A DNA stretch of 64,000 bases from contig JAPLRR010000089.1 in NCBI GenBank assembly GCA_026399075.1, forward strand, positions 13,149 to 77,148. The letters are read 5' to 3'. How positions within the stretch are numbered: position 1 is the first letter of the stretch; every line of letters begins with the position of its first letter. The position numbers and the translations under genes are program-made. The DNA is from Methylococcales bacterium (GTDB lineage Bacteria > Pseudomonadota > Gammaproteobacteria > Methylococcales > Methylomonadaceae). A model generated the notes under the pieces. It did no database searches and was not told where the DNA came from. It worked only from the letters and a program-made list of their open reading frames with translations. Below, one piece after another: positions 17,208-27,130 of this stretch.

Positions 17208-18760
17208 AATCTGACTCCAGGTAAATTGAATTCAATAGCCATTTTTACCAATTCTGCATTATTGCCTTGGGTTGTAGTGGGTTTGGTGGGCTGCGTTTTG
17301 GCGATGCGTAAGGATGTTATGCGTTTGCCTGCCAAACTTGCCGGCAAGGTGATGACGGCTTGCGGCCCTTGGCCATTGCCGCCTAAGATATAGTCCCCCA
17401 TTTCGTAGTGCCCTTGTTCATTTAAAACTTTTGCCCAGACTGTAAATTCGCTGTCTTTGCCGGCAACTAGCTGAATGCTTTTGATGCTGACGGGGCGCTC
17501 AAAATTGACGGCAATATGGCGTGTTTTTACTGGCATAAACAGCAACTCTTGGTCGTTGTTTGGATACAAGAATTCCCATGACGCTTCACCATTGGCAACC
17601 AGTTTGAGGCTGGCAGGCAGCCAGTCATTAATCCTTGGCTGGAATGGCTGGGGTGCGCTACGCTGCCCTAGGCTTTCCGGGTATTTTGTCTCCAGCAAAT
17701 TGGCGACTTGTTGGGCATAAAAATACGTGGCCCGGGGGCCAGGATGGCCATTGGCAGGGTTGATAGCCCATGGTAATTGTCCGAGAAGTTTGTTGCCGCA
17801 ACACGCTAAAAACGTGGGCAGTAAATCAACGAATTCAAGCCCTGATTCCCGCATTGCAACAGAAACAGGCTGGTAACGGGGTTCAAAATATTCTTGGTTT
17901 GGGGCGCTGGGTGTGGTTACAAAAAATGTCGGGACCTTAAGGGTGCTTAGTTTGGCTGACAATTGTTTGAGCACATTTTTGTACGCATCGAAATTCTTGC
18001 CTTCCAACAGTTTTAGTTCCCATTGTTGGTAGGGATAGCCAGTGGTGTCGTCTGGGGTGAGTTTTTGTTTTAGTTGGGCGCGTGACTTAATGACAAAGCT
18101 AAGGTTGGGCAATAAACCCTCAAATGGCAGCAGCATTTTATCAACAGAGCCATCAACGGGGAGTTGTTTTACTAAATCATTGCCGGATGCGTCTTTTATT
18201 TGCGGGTCATTGGTGACGTAGCCAAAAATAACCGCGCTAGGGTGTATGTTGTCGGCTAGATTGTTGTTGAGCCAGCTGTAGTGGTCTTGGGTGGATGCTC
18301 CGTTGGTGCCAGCTGCAACCACTTCCAGGTTGTTATAACCACGGCGCTCAAGTTCCCATTGTAGTTGTCGCCACCAGATGGTGTTGATATTGGTGTGGCC
18401 ATCCCCCCAAATAAATGAGTCGCCAAGTACCAGGATGCGTTGCCTGCCTTGGCTTAAATCAGGTGCATAACCCAAGCTAGTGAACAGCGGCTGGCTAGGG
18501 GAGTTTTGTATTTTTTTATAGTTTTCTTGGTTGATGATGCGGTTTTCATCTTGCCATTCCTTTGAATCCATGGCGGCTTGACCGGCCAGAACCCCTAATT
18601 CCCTATCCACAAAAAAAGCTATCAATAAAATCAGGCCAATAAACGCTGCAAAATAAGCAGCCCCACGCAATGGTAAAACAGGGCGCGGGCCTTTGGGGGT
18701 CTCCAGCCATGCCAATGAAAAACAATACTTATCTTTTTGCATAAGGTGTCGGGTTCTCAA
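17204..18760 (-). CDS. Membrane-anchored SGNH/GDSL-type hydrolase with a C-terminal beta-sandwich-like domain
   Basis: 518 aa. It has an N-terminal TM helix (YFAAFIGLILLIAFFV) and SGNH block I (ILVLGDSFIWGDG). Its stop overlaps the carbamoyltransferase start (ATGA). An alternative start exists at 18742. Confidence 0.7.
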   Translation of the reverse strand: MRTRHLMQKDKYCFSLAWLETPKGPRPVLPLRGAAYFAAFIGLILLIAFFVDRELGVLAGQAAMDSKEWQDENRIINQENYKKIQNSPSQPLFTSLGYAPDLSQGRQRILVLGDSFIWGDGHTNINTIWWRQLQWELERRGYNNLEVVAAGTNGASTQDHYSWLNNNLADNIHPSAVIFGYVTNDPQIKDASGNDLVKQLPVDGSVDKMLLPFEGLLPNLSFVIKSRAQLKQKLTPDDTTGYPYQQWELKLLEGKNFDAYKNVLKQLSAKLSTLKVPTFFVTTPSAPNQEYFEPRYQPVSVAMRESGLEFVDLLPTFLACCGNKLLGQLPWAINPANGHPGPRATYFYAQQVANLLETKYPESLGQRSAPQPFQPRINDWLPASLKLVANGEASWEFLYPNNDQELLFMPVKTRHIAVNFERPVSIKSIQLVAGKDSEFTVWAKVLNEQGHYEMGDYILGGNGQGPQAVITLPASLAGKRITSLRIAKTQPTKPTTTQGNNAELVKMAIEFNLPGVRL

Positions 18761-18965
18761 TTCTAAAAAGCAGTTTATGCCAGCACTTTAGGTTTATGAT
18801 GCATCGGCATAGGAATAATGTGGGGTATGGGTCGTTTGGGCTAGCAAGCTAATGGTGATGGCTTTGGGGTTTAATTTTAAATTCGCTGTGGCAAGCTTGG
18901 ATGGGCAAAGCTAATTTAAGTATTCTAGCATTTGCCTTTGGGTAGGGCTATATGGCTAGCCAAGC

Positions 18966-20324
18966 CTAATCACCGATTTTTGTGCCTGATTCGTCAACGA
19001 CTGGCACAGGTGATTGGCTGCTGGGCACACGGCGCTTGCCGACGTTTTTTTGGTCACGGTGGCGAATTTTGACTTTTTCCGCCGCAACTTTTTTGGGTTC
19101 CACTTTCTTTTTAATGCCTGCGGCTTTTCCAGAAGCCTTCAATTTTTTTGGGCCAGTATACTTTCCTACCAGTTCCTTAATGGTCCGGCGGGTGAATTTT
19201 TGCTTTAAAAACCGCTCAATGCCGGACATTAAATTCCATTCAGTGCTTTTGACCAAGGCAATGGTAAGCCCCAGTTCATCAACGCGGCCAGTCCGGCCTA
19301 TGCGGTGGATATAATTGATGCCGTTCCTGGGGACATCAAAATTGATCACCAGGTTAATGCCTTTGATGTCCAAGCCACGGGCGGCAAGGTCGGTGGCAAT
19401 CATGATGTTAATCTCGCCTTCACGGTAAAGTTCCATCATCCGGTTGCGGTCTTTTTGGTCCATTTCGCCGTGCAGCACACCCACCCGAAGTTTTTGCCCG
19501 CGCAAAGGCCCGCGCAAGGCATCGGCTTGCAGCCGGCTATTGGTGAACACTAAGGCTTTGTCATAGGGTTCATTAAGCAGCAGCCAGGCCAGCAGCTTTT
19601 GTTTATGGTCATTGTCGTCGGCCACAACGATTTGTTGTTCTATGTTGCGGTGGCCATCGTGTAAGGTGTTTAAGGCCACCACTTCATGGTTTTGCAGCAC
19701 TTTATCAGCCATCTTGATGACCCCAAAGTGGGTCAAGGTGGCTGAAAACAGCAAGGTTTGCCGTTGGGCATTGCAGGTTTTGGCAATGGCCAGCACATCT
19801 TCGCTAAAACCCATGTCCAACATGCGGTCAGCTTCGTCCAGAACCAGGACTTCAAGATGGCTGAAGTTGGGGGTTTCTTGTTCCATCAGCTCCAACAAAC
19901 GGCCTGGCGTTGCAATAACAATCTGGGTGTTTCTTCTCAGCATGTTTTGCTGTAGCCTAAAGTCATCACCGCCAGTGATGATGCCGACACTAAGGCTAGT
20001 GAATTCAATGAGCTGTTGGCATTGCTTAAAGATTTGTTGGGCCAGTTCGCGGGTCGGTGCGAGTATCAACACCCGGGTGCCGAAGGTTTTGGTAGGCAGG
20101 GTGAGTAAATGATGGAGTGCGGGCAGTAAAAAAGCCGCCGTTTTACCACTGCCCGTTTCGGCGCTGACCAGTAAATCTTTATGTTCCAAGGCCAAGGGGA
20201 TGGCTTGTAGCTGTACCGGTGTGGGTTGGTCAAAACCGAGTTTTTTGACGGCCTTGAGTAGGGGTTCGGCCAGTGCTAGACTTGAAAACGAAGGCGGCGG
20301 GGTGGTCGTAGGATTTGGTTGCAT
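18966..20324 (-). CDS. rhlE: ATP-dependent DEAD-box RNA helicase (RhlE-like)
   Basis: 452 aa. Motifs: Q-motif region, AETGSGKTAAF, PTRELA, DEADRM, SAT, HRIGRTGR, and a basic C-terminal tail. Confidence 0.9.
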   Translation of the reverse strand: MQPNPTTTPPPSFSSLALAEPLLKAVKKLGFDQPTPVQLQAIPLALEHKDLLVSAETGSGKTAAFLLPALHHLLTLPTKTFGTRVLILAPTRELAQQIFKQCQQLIEFTSLSVGIITGGDDFRLQQNMLRRNTQIVIATPGRLLELMEQETPNFSHLEVLVLDEADRMLDMGFSEDVLAIAKTCNAQRQTLLFSATLTHFGVIKMADKVLQNHEVVALNTLHDGHRNIEQQIVVADDNDHKQKLLAWLLLNEPYDKALVFTNSRLQADALRGPLRGQKLRVGVLHGEMDQKDRNRMMELYREGEINIMIATDLAARGLDIKGINLVINFDVPRNGINYIHRIGRTGRVDELGLTIALVKSTEWNLMSGIERFLKQKFTRRTIKELVGKYTGPKKLKASGKAAGIKKKVEPKKVAAEKVKIRHRDQKNVGKRRVPSSQSPVPVVDESGTKIGD

Positions 20325-20473
20325 GAATCTTAATAGTTGCTGTGCTTACGCAGTGATGAAAAGCGGATGTTCTTAAGCCATTATAAACTTTTTGTAATCA
20401 GGGTATGATTTAAATCACTTAGGATTGCCAATCAAGCTTTAGCTGTTAAGCTTTCCTTTAACATAATTTTAAT

Positions 20474-21151
20474 GTGCAACAGGCCACAGCAATGATACCG
20501 ATTAGAGACACAGCACCATGCAATTCAACGCCCTACGTCACTTGGGGCATTATGGCGCTATGTACCGGCATCTTTATTGCCATGCAGTTTGTGCCGGATG
20601 AAACTGCCGTTGGCTTGCTTAACCGTTACGGTATGGTGCCTATCCATTATTCAAGCTGGCAGGCGGGTTGGGCTTTTGACGGCTTTTTTTCATTTATAAG
20701 CAATTTGTTTTTACATGCCAGTTGGACGCATCTGATTGCCAATGTTTGGTTTTTGTGGATTTTTGCCGATAACGTCGAAGACCGGATGGGGCGGATCCCT
20801 TTTTTGATTTTTTATTTGTTATGCGGAGGTTTTGCGACCCTGTTGCAATGGTATTTTGTGCCTATGCTGGACATTCCTGTTATTGGCGCATCCGGCGCGA
20901 TTGCGGGGGTGTTGGCGGCGTATTTTTTCCTATACCCCATGGAGCGCGTTATTGTGTTTTTTCCGCCCATCGTGATCCATATACCGGCTATTGCTTTTTT
21001 AGGGGTGTGGGTCTTGATACAGTTGGATAGTGCGACCAGTTCGATTATTTTTGAGGACGGGGCGGTTGATGTGGCTTGGTGGGCGCATTTGGGCGGCTTT
21101 GTTGCAGGTACGGTGTTGTACCGCTTGTTTTTAAGAAAAGCACCTGAGTAA
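20474..21151 (+). CDS. Rhomboid family intramembrane serine protease
   Basis: 225 aa and multi-pass. It has the catalytic GASGAIAGV serine motif, a downstream AHLGGF histidine and the HxxxN-type motif HLIANV. The start is uncertain: GTG at 20474 or ATG at 20492. Confidence 0.85.
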   Translation: MQQATAMIPIRDTAPCNSTPYVTWGIMALCTGIFIAMQFVPDETAVGLLNRYGMVPIHYSSWQAGWAFDGFFSFISNLFLHASWTHLIANVWFLWIFADNVEDRMGRIPFLIFYLLCGGFATLLQWYFVPMLDIPVIGASGAIAGVLAAYFFLYPMERVIVFFPPIVIHIPAIAFLGVWVLIQLDSATSSIIFEDGAVDVAWWAHLGGFVAGTVLYRLFLRKAPE

Positions 21152-21250
21152 AAAATAAATGATTTTGGTGGGTTTACAGGTATAATCACCCAATTAAAAA
21201 GAAGGGGATGTTTATGTCCCTAAGTCCAGGTATCGGGAGCGGATTGGAAA

Positions 21251-21577
21251 ATGAAAAAAGTTAATGTTGCGTTGGTAAGGCTACTTCAGTTTGTGGTTTT
21301 CGTCGTGTTTACATTCGTGGTGATAGTCTATTTTGGGGCTATGGTGTTGTTGCCGCTGGATGCTATTGCATTGCTTATAAAGCTGATGGGCGTTATAGGT
21401 CTGCATGGTTTTATCGGGGCTTTGGTGGCCATTCCGGCAGTCGGTTATTTGTGCTTGATCGTGTACAAGACCCCCGGACTTTGCAAAATGATTGTTGATA
21501 CCGGGGTTGATCTGGTAAAAACAGGTAAAGTCAAAGTTGAAGCGTTTAATGAAATTGCCGATGCGGTAAAAGCGTAA
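21251..21577 (+). CDS. Small hypothetical membrane protein
   Basis: 108 aa with 2-3 hydrophobic helices. It is followed by a strong terminator. Confidence 0.5.
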   Translation: MKKVNVALVRLLQFVVFVVFTFVVIVYFGAMVLLPLDAIALLIKLMGVIGLHGFIGALVAIPAVGYLCLIVYKTPGLCKMIVDTGVDLVKTGKVKVEAFNEIADAVKA

Positions 21578-21600
21578 ACCTTCGCTTTAAAAACTAACTT

Positions 21601-21636
21601 AAAAAAGGGTGTGCCGTTTCCGGCACACCCTTTTTT
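21601..21636. terminator. Bidirectional rho-independent terminator
   Basis: AAAAAA-GGGTGTGCCG-TTTC-CGGCACACCC-TTTTTT, a perfect 10-bp GC-rich stem flanked by an A-run and a T-run, between convergent genes. Confidence 0.9.
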
Positions 21637-21659
21637 ATGCGCGTTATTTAAGTGATTGC

Positions 21660-22334
21660 TTAGGCGGCATCAAAAATGCCATTGATGAACGCTGATAAAT
21701 GGTTTATTTCTTCCGTGCAAACCGAGTGTTCCATTAGGTAATCATGCCAGACTATATTGTAGTCCATGGCGTGTAGCCCGTTAAACGCCGCTTTGGCGGT
21801 TTCTATGGCAACAACGGCATCTAATATCCCGTGGCCCATAAATATTGGCGTGTCATTGTTGGCGGCTGAGCGTTCAGTGGCCAATTGGGCTAGCGTTGGC
21901 AAATAGGTCGAAAGGCCAATAATCCCACCCAGCCTATGGGGAAACCTAAGCCCAGCATGTAGGGCAATCAGGCCACCTTGGGAAAATCCGGCCAGTATAA
22001 TATGCGTGGCGGGGATGCCTTTGGCCATTTCTTGGTCAATAAGTTGGGCGATGAGCTTTTCTGATTGGTAGATGCCCGCTATATCCACTTTACGTTCCAG
22101 CGTCATTTCCAAAATGTCGTACCAAGCCCGCATCGTCAAACCGCCATTAATCGTGACTGGCTGTATGGGGGCGTTAGGGAAAACAAAATGGATATGGGCT
22201 TCGGTATGCAAGTGCAGCTCTGGCGCGATGCCTTCAAAATCGTGGCCATCCGCCCCCAACCCATGTAGCCAAATAATGGAATAGCGATGGCTTGCTTGTG
22301 GTTTTATTTCGATGATGCTTAATTCAGAACTCAT
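21660..22334 (-). CDS. Carboxylesterase/phospholipase-type alpha/beta hydrolase
   Basis: 224 aa. It has the nucleophile elbow GFSQGG, a conserved WLHGLGADG N-terminal motif and a C-terminal His (MEHS). Confidence 0.8.
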   Translation of the reverse strand: MSSELSIIEIKPQASHRYSIIWLHGLGADGHDFEGIAPELHLHTEAHIHFVFPNAPIQPVTINGGLTMRAWYDILEMTLERKVDIAGIYQSEKLIAQLIDQEMAKGIPATHIILAGFSQGGLIALHAGLRFPHRLGGIIGLSTYLPTLAQLATERSAANNDTPIFMGHGILDAVVAIETAKAAFNGLHAMDYNIVWHDYLMEHSVCTEEINHLSAFINGIFDAA

Positions 22335-22497
22335 GGGTGTTGTCCATAAACAAAAGTAATTAAAAAGTTGAACGGTAGGCGTTTCGTGTGCGAGGATAAG
22401 CCCTAGTGCCGAAAAACTTAAGTATAGTTATTTGAGAAAGTGACTGCTAAGGGTTGCCCAAAGTTTCATTTTATTCCTTTATTTTAAATCGTGATCA

Positions 22498-22809
22498 ATG
22501 TTATCAGAAATTATTTTAATCGGCTTGTTGGGTTTGGCTTATGGGTATTGGTGTAATGCCCAAAAAACCAAGGAAATTGCCTTGGAGGCTGCCACCCAAC
22601 ACTGTTTTGCGACCGATGTGCAGATGCTCGATGGCTATGTCGCCTTAACTGGCATGGGCTTACACCGTGATAAACAGGGAAAATTACAACTGCACCGGGC
22701 ATTTATGTTTGAATTTTCGCCCACTGGGCTTGAACGCTATCAAGGCCTAGTGTTGATGCTGGGTCGCCAGATTGAGTCAATTGAAATGGGCGTATACCGG
22801 ATTGATTAG
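22498..22809 (+). CDS. DUF3301-like small membrane-anchored protein
   Basis: 103 aa with an N-terminal TM helix followed by WCNAQKTKEIALEAA, a pattern I associate with DUF3301. Confidence 0.5.
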   Translation: MLSEIILIGLLGLAYGYWCNAQKTKEIALEAATQHCFATDVQMLDGYVALTGMGLHRDKQGKLQLHRAFMFEFSPTGLERYQGLVLMLGRQIESIEMGVYRID

Positions 22810-22941
22810 CTGGCAGGCATGATTTCCTTAGGGATATTTACCCAATTACCCTTATTTACAGGCTTAAAAGCAGATGGTTTTGTCCAAATAGGATAAAATA
22901 GTCAGCAGAATCTTATTACTAACTTATCTAAGGATAACGCT

Positions 22942-25446
22942 ATGCCATTAAGACGCTTTAAAAAGAGTCAACCCATCCCCACCATCACCGCCATTCCCCC
23001 CTTAGGCACAAAAAAGAAAGACATCGAACAAGAATTTAAGCGTTATTACGGCCATCGCTTAGGCCGGGATGAAAATTGTAAATCACTGCATTACGGTTAT
23101 GAAGCTTTGTCTATGGCCATTAGTGACCGGCTGACAGAAAATTGGATAAAAACCTATAACGCCTATAAAGATGCAGACTGCAAACGGGCTTATTATTTGT
23201 CCATGGAGTTTTTGATGGGGCGTACCCTCAGCAACGCCATGCTGAACTTGGGCGTTAATGATATTGCCTCCCAAGCCATGTATGATTTGGGTTTGGATAT
23301 TGAAGAACTCATCGATGCCGAACCCGATGCTGGCTTGGGTAATGGCGGATTGGGACGTTTGGCCGCGTGTTTCATTGATAGCTGCGCCACTTTGCAGTTG
23401 CCTGTAACAGGTTATGGCCTGCGTTATGAATATGGTATGTTTTCCCAAACGGTAGTCAATGGTGAGCAAGTGGAAGAGCCTGACCATTGGCTGCGTAACG
23501 GCAATGTTTGGGAAATTGAACGCCTGGAATACAAACAGTTGATTAAGTTTGGTGGCCATACTGAAACCCATGTCGATGAAAATGGCAATACCCGTGTTTG
23601 TTGGATAAGCACCCAAGACGTGCTCGCCGTCCCTTTTGATACGCCTATCCCAGGGTATAAAAATGGCACGGTGAACACCTTGCGTTTATGGAAGGCCACT
23701 GCAACTGAACAGTTTGCGCTTAAGGAATTTAACGCGGGTGATTATGCCGAGTCAGTGGCGGCAAAAAACACCGCAGAAAACATTACGATGGTGTTATACC
23801 CCAATGATGCCAACGAAAATGGTAAAGCACTACGCCTACGCCAGCAATATCTGCTGGCTTCCGCTAGTTTGCAGGATTTGTTGCAACTGTGGGTAGGCCG
23901 TCATGGTAAAGATTTTACCGACTTTGCCGCAAAAAACTGTTTCCAGTTAAACGACACCCATCCCAGTATCGCGGTTGCCGAACTGATGCGTTTGTTGATG
24001 GACATCCATGGTTTATCGTGGGATGACGCGTGGGAGATTACCCGTAAGACCATGGCTTACACCAACCATACTTTATTGCCTGAAGCCTTGGAAAAATGGT
24101 CGGTCAATCTGTTTAAACAATTGTTGCCCCGCTTGATGGAAATTATTTTTGAAATCAACGCGCGTTTTCTGGCGGTGGTTTCTGCCCGTTGGCCAGGCGA
24201 CAAAGACCGTTTGGCACGTATGTCTTTGATCGAAGAGGGCGGTGAACAACGGGTTAGAATGGCTTATTTGGCGATAGTCGGTAGCTATTCGGTTAATGGC
24301 GTGGCGGAATTGCATTCAAAACTGCTGCAACAAGGTTTGTTCCATGATTTTTATGAATTATGGCCTGAAAAGTTCAACAACAAAACCAATGGTGTCACAC
24401 CACGCCGTTGGATGGCCGCTTGCAATCCGGAATTGGCCGAATTGATCACGGCTACTATTGGCGACGGTTGGATTACGGATTTATCCTTATTGAAAAATCT
24501 GGAAAAACACCTCAATGATAAAGCCTTCTGTAAACGTTGGTATGCCGTGCAACAAGGCGCCAAACAAAAACTGATAGACTTTATCGACCATGAAATGGAA
24601 GTCGAATCAGGCATTGACGTGAATGCCTTGTTTGATGTTCAGGTCAAGCGTATCCATGAGTACAAACGCCAATTGTTGAACGTGCTGCATGTCATCCATT
24701 TGTATGACCGTATCAAACGCGGTGACTCGGCAAACTGGACCAACCGTTTTGTGTTGATCGGCGGAAAAGCCGCGCCAGGTTATTACATGGCGAAAAAAAT
24801 CATCAAATTGATCAATAATGTTGCCAATGTCATCAATAACGACCCTGAAGTCGGTGATAAATTAAAGCTCATTTTCTTACCGAATTACCGGGTTTCCGCG
24901 ATGGAAAAAATTTGTCCGGGTGCAGACTTGTCCGAGCAAATTTCCACCGCCGGAAAAGAGGCATCCGGCACTGGCAATATGAAGTTCATGATGAACGGCG
25001 CTTTGACTATCGGCACCTTGGACGGGGCGAACATTGAAATCCGTGAAGAAGCGGGTGACGACAATTTCTTCCTGTTCGGATTGACCGAAGACCAGGTTGA
25101 AAGCCTACGCAACGAATATAACCCTGTTGCCATCATCGAACAGGATGCGGAGTTGAAACAGGTGATGGATTTGCTGGAGTGTGGGCATTTTAACCAATTC
25201 GAGCCCGGCACATTTGACGGCATTATCGGTTCATTGAAAAGCCCGCATGACCCTTGGGTGACTATTGCCGATTTTAGAAGTTTTGTTGATGCCCAAAAAG
25301 CGGTGGAAGCGGCTTATCAAGATAAAGACCGTTGGACTAAAATGAGCATCATCAATTGCGCCACTAGCGGTAAATTTTCTACTGACCGGACAATTTCTGA
25401 ATACAATAACGACCTTTGGAAATTGACACCTGTCAGCGCGAAATAA
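22942..25446 (+). CDS. glgP: Glycogen/maltodextrin phosphorylase
   Basis: 834 aa. It carries the PLP-site motif EASGTGNMKFMMNGALTIGTLDGANIE and LGNGGLGRLAACF. Confidence 0.95.
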   Translation: MPLRRFKKSQPIPTITAIPPLGTKKKDIEQEFKRYYGHRLGRDENCKSLHYGYEALSMAISDRLTENWIKTYNAYKDADCKRAYYLSMEFLMGRTLSNAMLNLGVNDIASQAMYDLGLDIEELIDAEPDAGLGNGGLGRLAACFIDSCATLQLPVTGYGLRYEYGMFSQTVVNGEQVEEPDHWLRNGNVWEIERLEYKQLIKFGGHTETHVDENGNTRVCWISTQDVLAVPFDTPIPGYKNGTVNTLRLWKATATEQFALKEFNAGDYAESVAAKNTAENITMVLYPNDANENGKALRLRQQYLLASASLQDLLQLWVGRHGKDFTDFAAKNCFQLNDTHPSIAVAELMRLLMDIHGLSWDDAWEITRKTMAYTNHTLLPEALEKWSVNLFKQLLPRLMEIIFEINARFLAVVSARWPGDKDRLARMSLIEEGGEQRVRMAYLAIVGSYSVNGVAELHSKLLQQGLFHDFYELWPEKFNNKTNGVTPRRWMAACNPELAELITATIGDGWITDLSLLKNLEKHLNDKAFCKRWYAVQQGAKQKLIDFIDHEMEVESGIDVNALFDVQVKRIHEYKRQLLNVLHVIHLYDRIKRGDSANWTNRFVLIGGKAAPGYYMAKKIIKLINNVANVINNDPEVGDKLKLIFLPNYRVSAMEKICPGADLSEQISTAGKEASGTGNMKFMMNGALTIGTLDGANIEIREEAGDDNFFLFGLTEDQVESLRNEYNPVAIIEQDAELKQVMDLLECGHFNQFEPGTFDGIIGSLKSPHDPWVTIADFRSFVDAQKAVEAAYQDKDRWTKMSIINCATSGKFSTDRTISEYNNDLWKLTPVSAK

Positions 25447-25461
25447 GGTTTGATGTTTTAG

Positions 25462-25482
25462 TTGGGGGCTTTGTGCCCCCAA
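25462..25482 (+). terminator. Hairpin downstream of glgP (weak terminator candidate)
   Basis: TTGGGGGC-TTTGT-GCCCCCAA, an 8-bp perfect stem 16 nt after the glgP stop, with no U-tract. Confidence 0.3.
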
Positions 25483-25603
25483 TGCACCATCAAGTCAAGA
25501 AATACCAAACTCTCCCGGTGGGACTGCCGGGATCCCGTAGCCAAGGATGGCATCTTGGGACTCATCGCTTCTCCCCCCAGTTGGCCAGCCTAAGCAAAAC
25601 CCG

Positions 25604-27127
25604 TTAATCCCCCAGAATAATCTGCCCCAGTTGCCCTGCTTGTTTGCGCCATTGCTGCCAATAGCTTCTTGCTTGGTGAGTACGTAAACAGCGCAAATAT
25701 CGCACCCGTTGCACCTCGTCCAGCAGTTCATAAAGCAAGGGCATCAAACCTTCTTCAATATTGTACACTGGCTTTTCTGGCGCAAGGCAAACAGGCACTA
25801 CCCGACTTAAAGGCAAGGCCAAATCCCTGGCTATGGCGGCACAGGCCTGCCTTATTGCCAGTGCCTTGGCGGTTTCTGCTTGTTGTATATTGTAGGGTGG
25901 CTGCCATTCCCGCAGCGGACGTAAACGGTCAATTTGCGTCGCCACTGCGATGATGACGGGTAACGTCCTGTTTTGGCATTCTTCCTGAAAATAAGTGCGG
26001 ATTGCATCCAGTTGTTGGGCATCATCTTGCCGCGCAGCCTGTGCGGCATTGCAGACAATTAAAATCACATCCACTTTGGCCCATTGTTGTTTCAAGGCTT
26101 TGGCCGCAAGCCCGTGGGTTAAGCCGCCATATCCCGCACTGTCCAACAGGATCGCTTGTTGCAGGCCATCACGTTCGAGAATATAGGGGGTTATTTCGGC
26201 TGTGGTGGGCAATAGGCCTTCCGCACTTTTAACTTCCCCAAACAAGGCATTAATCAAACTCGATTTGCCGCTGCTGACTTGCCCTAAAATCAGGATGCGT
26301 AAGGGTTCCACTGACTGTTTATGCTGTTCGCTGGTCACTGTGTCCTCTATCGAGGCATCACTGAGCTGGTCAGTGGGCAGCATATCATCCAAGGTTAATT
26401 GGCCGCTGTACAGTTGGATGGCGTAGTAACCCAGCTTATCAATATAGGCTGCTATCAAACGTTGTGAGATTTCATCAGTGACTGTGGCCAGCCCCTTGCC
26501 TACTAATACAGCACGGGCTTTGGCCAAGGCCGCCCCCGACCAATTAAACAGCCAATTGCCAACGGTAAACAACGCTTTAAGCCGTTTCAACTGGGTAACC
26601 GCTTGTTTGGCGCGTATTAAATCACCCACCCTCACGGCATGGCTGCCGGGGATTTTATCCAACACGTCGTGCTGGATGTCTTCACACACCAATACAATTA
26701 GCCTAAGCAAATAGGGCAGTGGAAATTCTAAAACCGGGTGCTTGGAATCGGCATGAAAATGTCCGGCAACTAGCGCCAACACTTCATTGCTGAGCTTTAA
26801 CGCTTTGTTGGCATCGGTCAACACGTCAGTTTGTGTTTGCCAACGCTTACGGAGCTGTTCAATCTCCAACCACGCCTGCTGGGCTTTGTCCGGCCAGTTG
26901 GGGTTGGGCTTAATGGTAAAGCTGTCGCCCAATAAGGGCTGTTGCTTAGGCTTATGCCAGCTTAGCAGGCTATAAAATAAGATTGCATGGGCGGATAAAA
27001 GGCCTAGGCCCAGATACAGCCAGCCTTGCTGCCATAAGTAATAAACCCCCAAGCCCATTAACGCCAGCCAAGGCAATAACAGCAAAACCGTAAATAGGTA
27101 TCCAAAACGTGTTAATTGCAAAGGCAT
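25604..27127 (-). CDS. Membrane-anchored P-loop GTPase (MMR_HSR1-type G domain)
   Basis: 507 aa with two N-terminal TM helices. G1 is GQVSSGKSSLINALFG, G3 is LLDSAGYGG and the G4-like motif is TQID. Confidence 0.7.
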   Translation of the reverse strand: MPLQLTRFGYLFTVLLLLPWLALMGLGVYYLWQQGWLYLGLGLLSAHAILFYSLLSWHKPKQQPLLGDSFTIKPNPNWPDKAQQAWLEIEQLRKRWQTQTDVLTDANKALKLSNEVLALVAGHFHADSKHPVLEFPLPYLLRLIVLVCEDIQHDVLDKIPGSHAVRVGDLIRAKQAVTQLKRLKALFTVGNWLFNWSGAALAKARAVLVGKGLATVTDEISQRLIAAYIDKLGYYAIQLYSGQLTLDDMLPTDQLSDASIEDTVTSEQHKQSVEPLRILILGQVSSGKSSLINALFGEVKSAEGLLPTTAEITPYILERDGLQQAILLDSAGYGGLTHGLAAKALKQQWAKVDVILIVCNAAQAARQDDAQQLDAIRTYFQEECQNRTLPVIIAVATQIDRLRPLREWQPPYNIQQAETAKALAIRQACAAIARDLALPLSRVVPVCLAPEKPVYNIEEGLMPLLYELLDEVQRVRYLRCLRTHQARSYWQQWRKQAGQLGQIILGD

Positions 27128-27130
27128 GGC

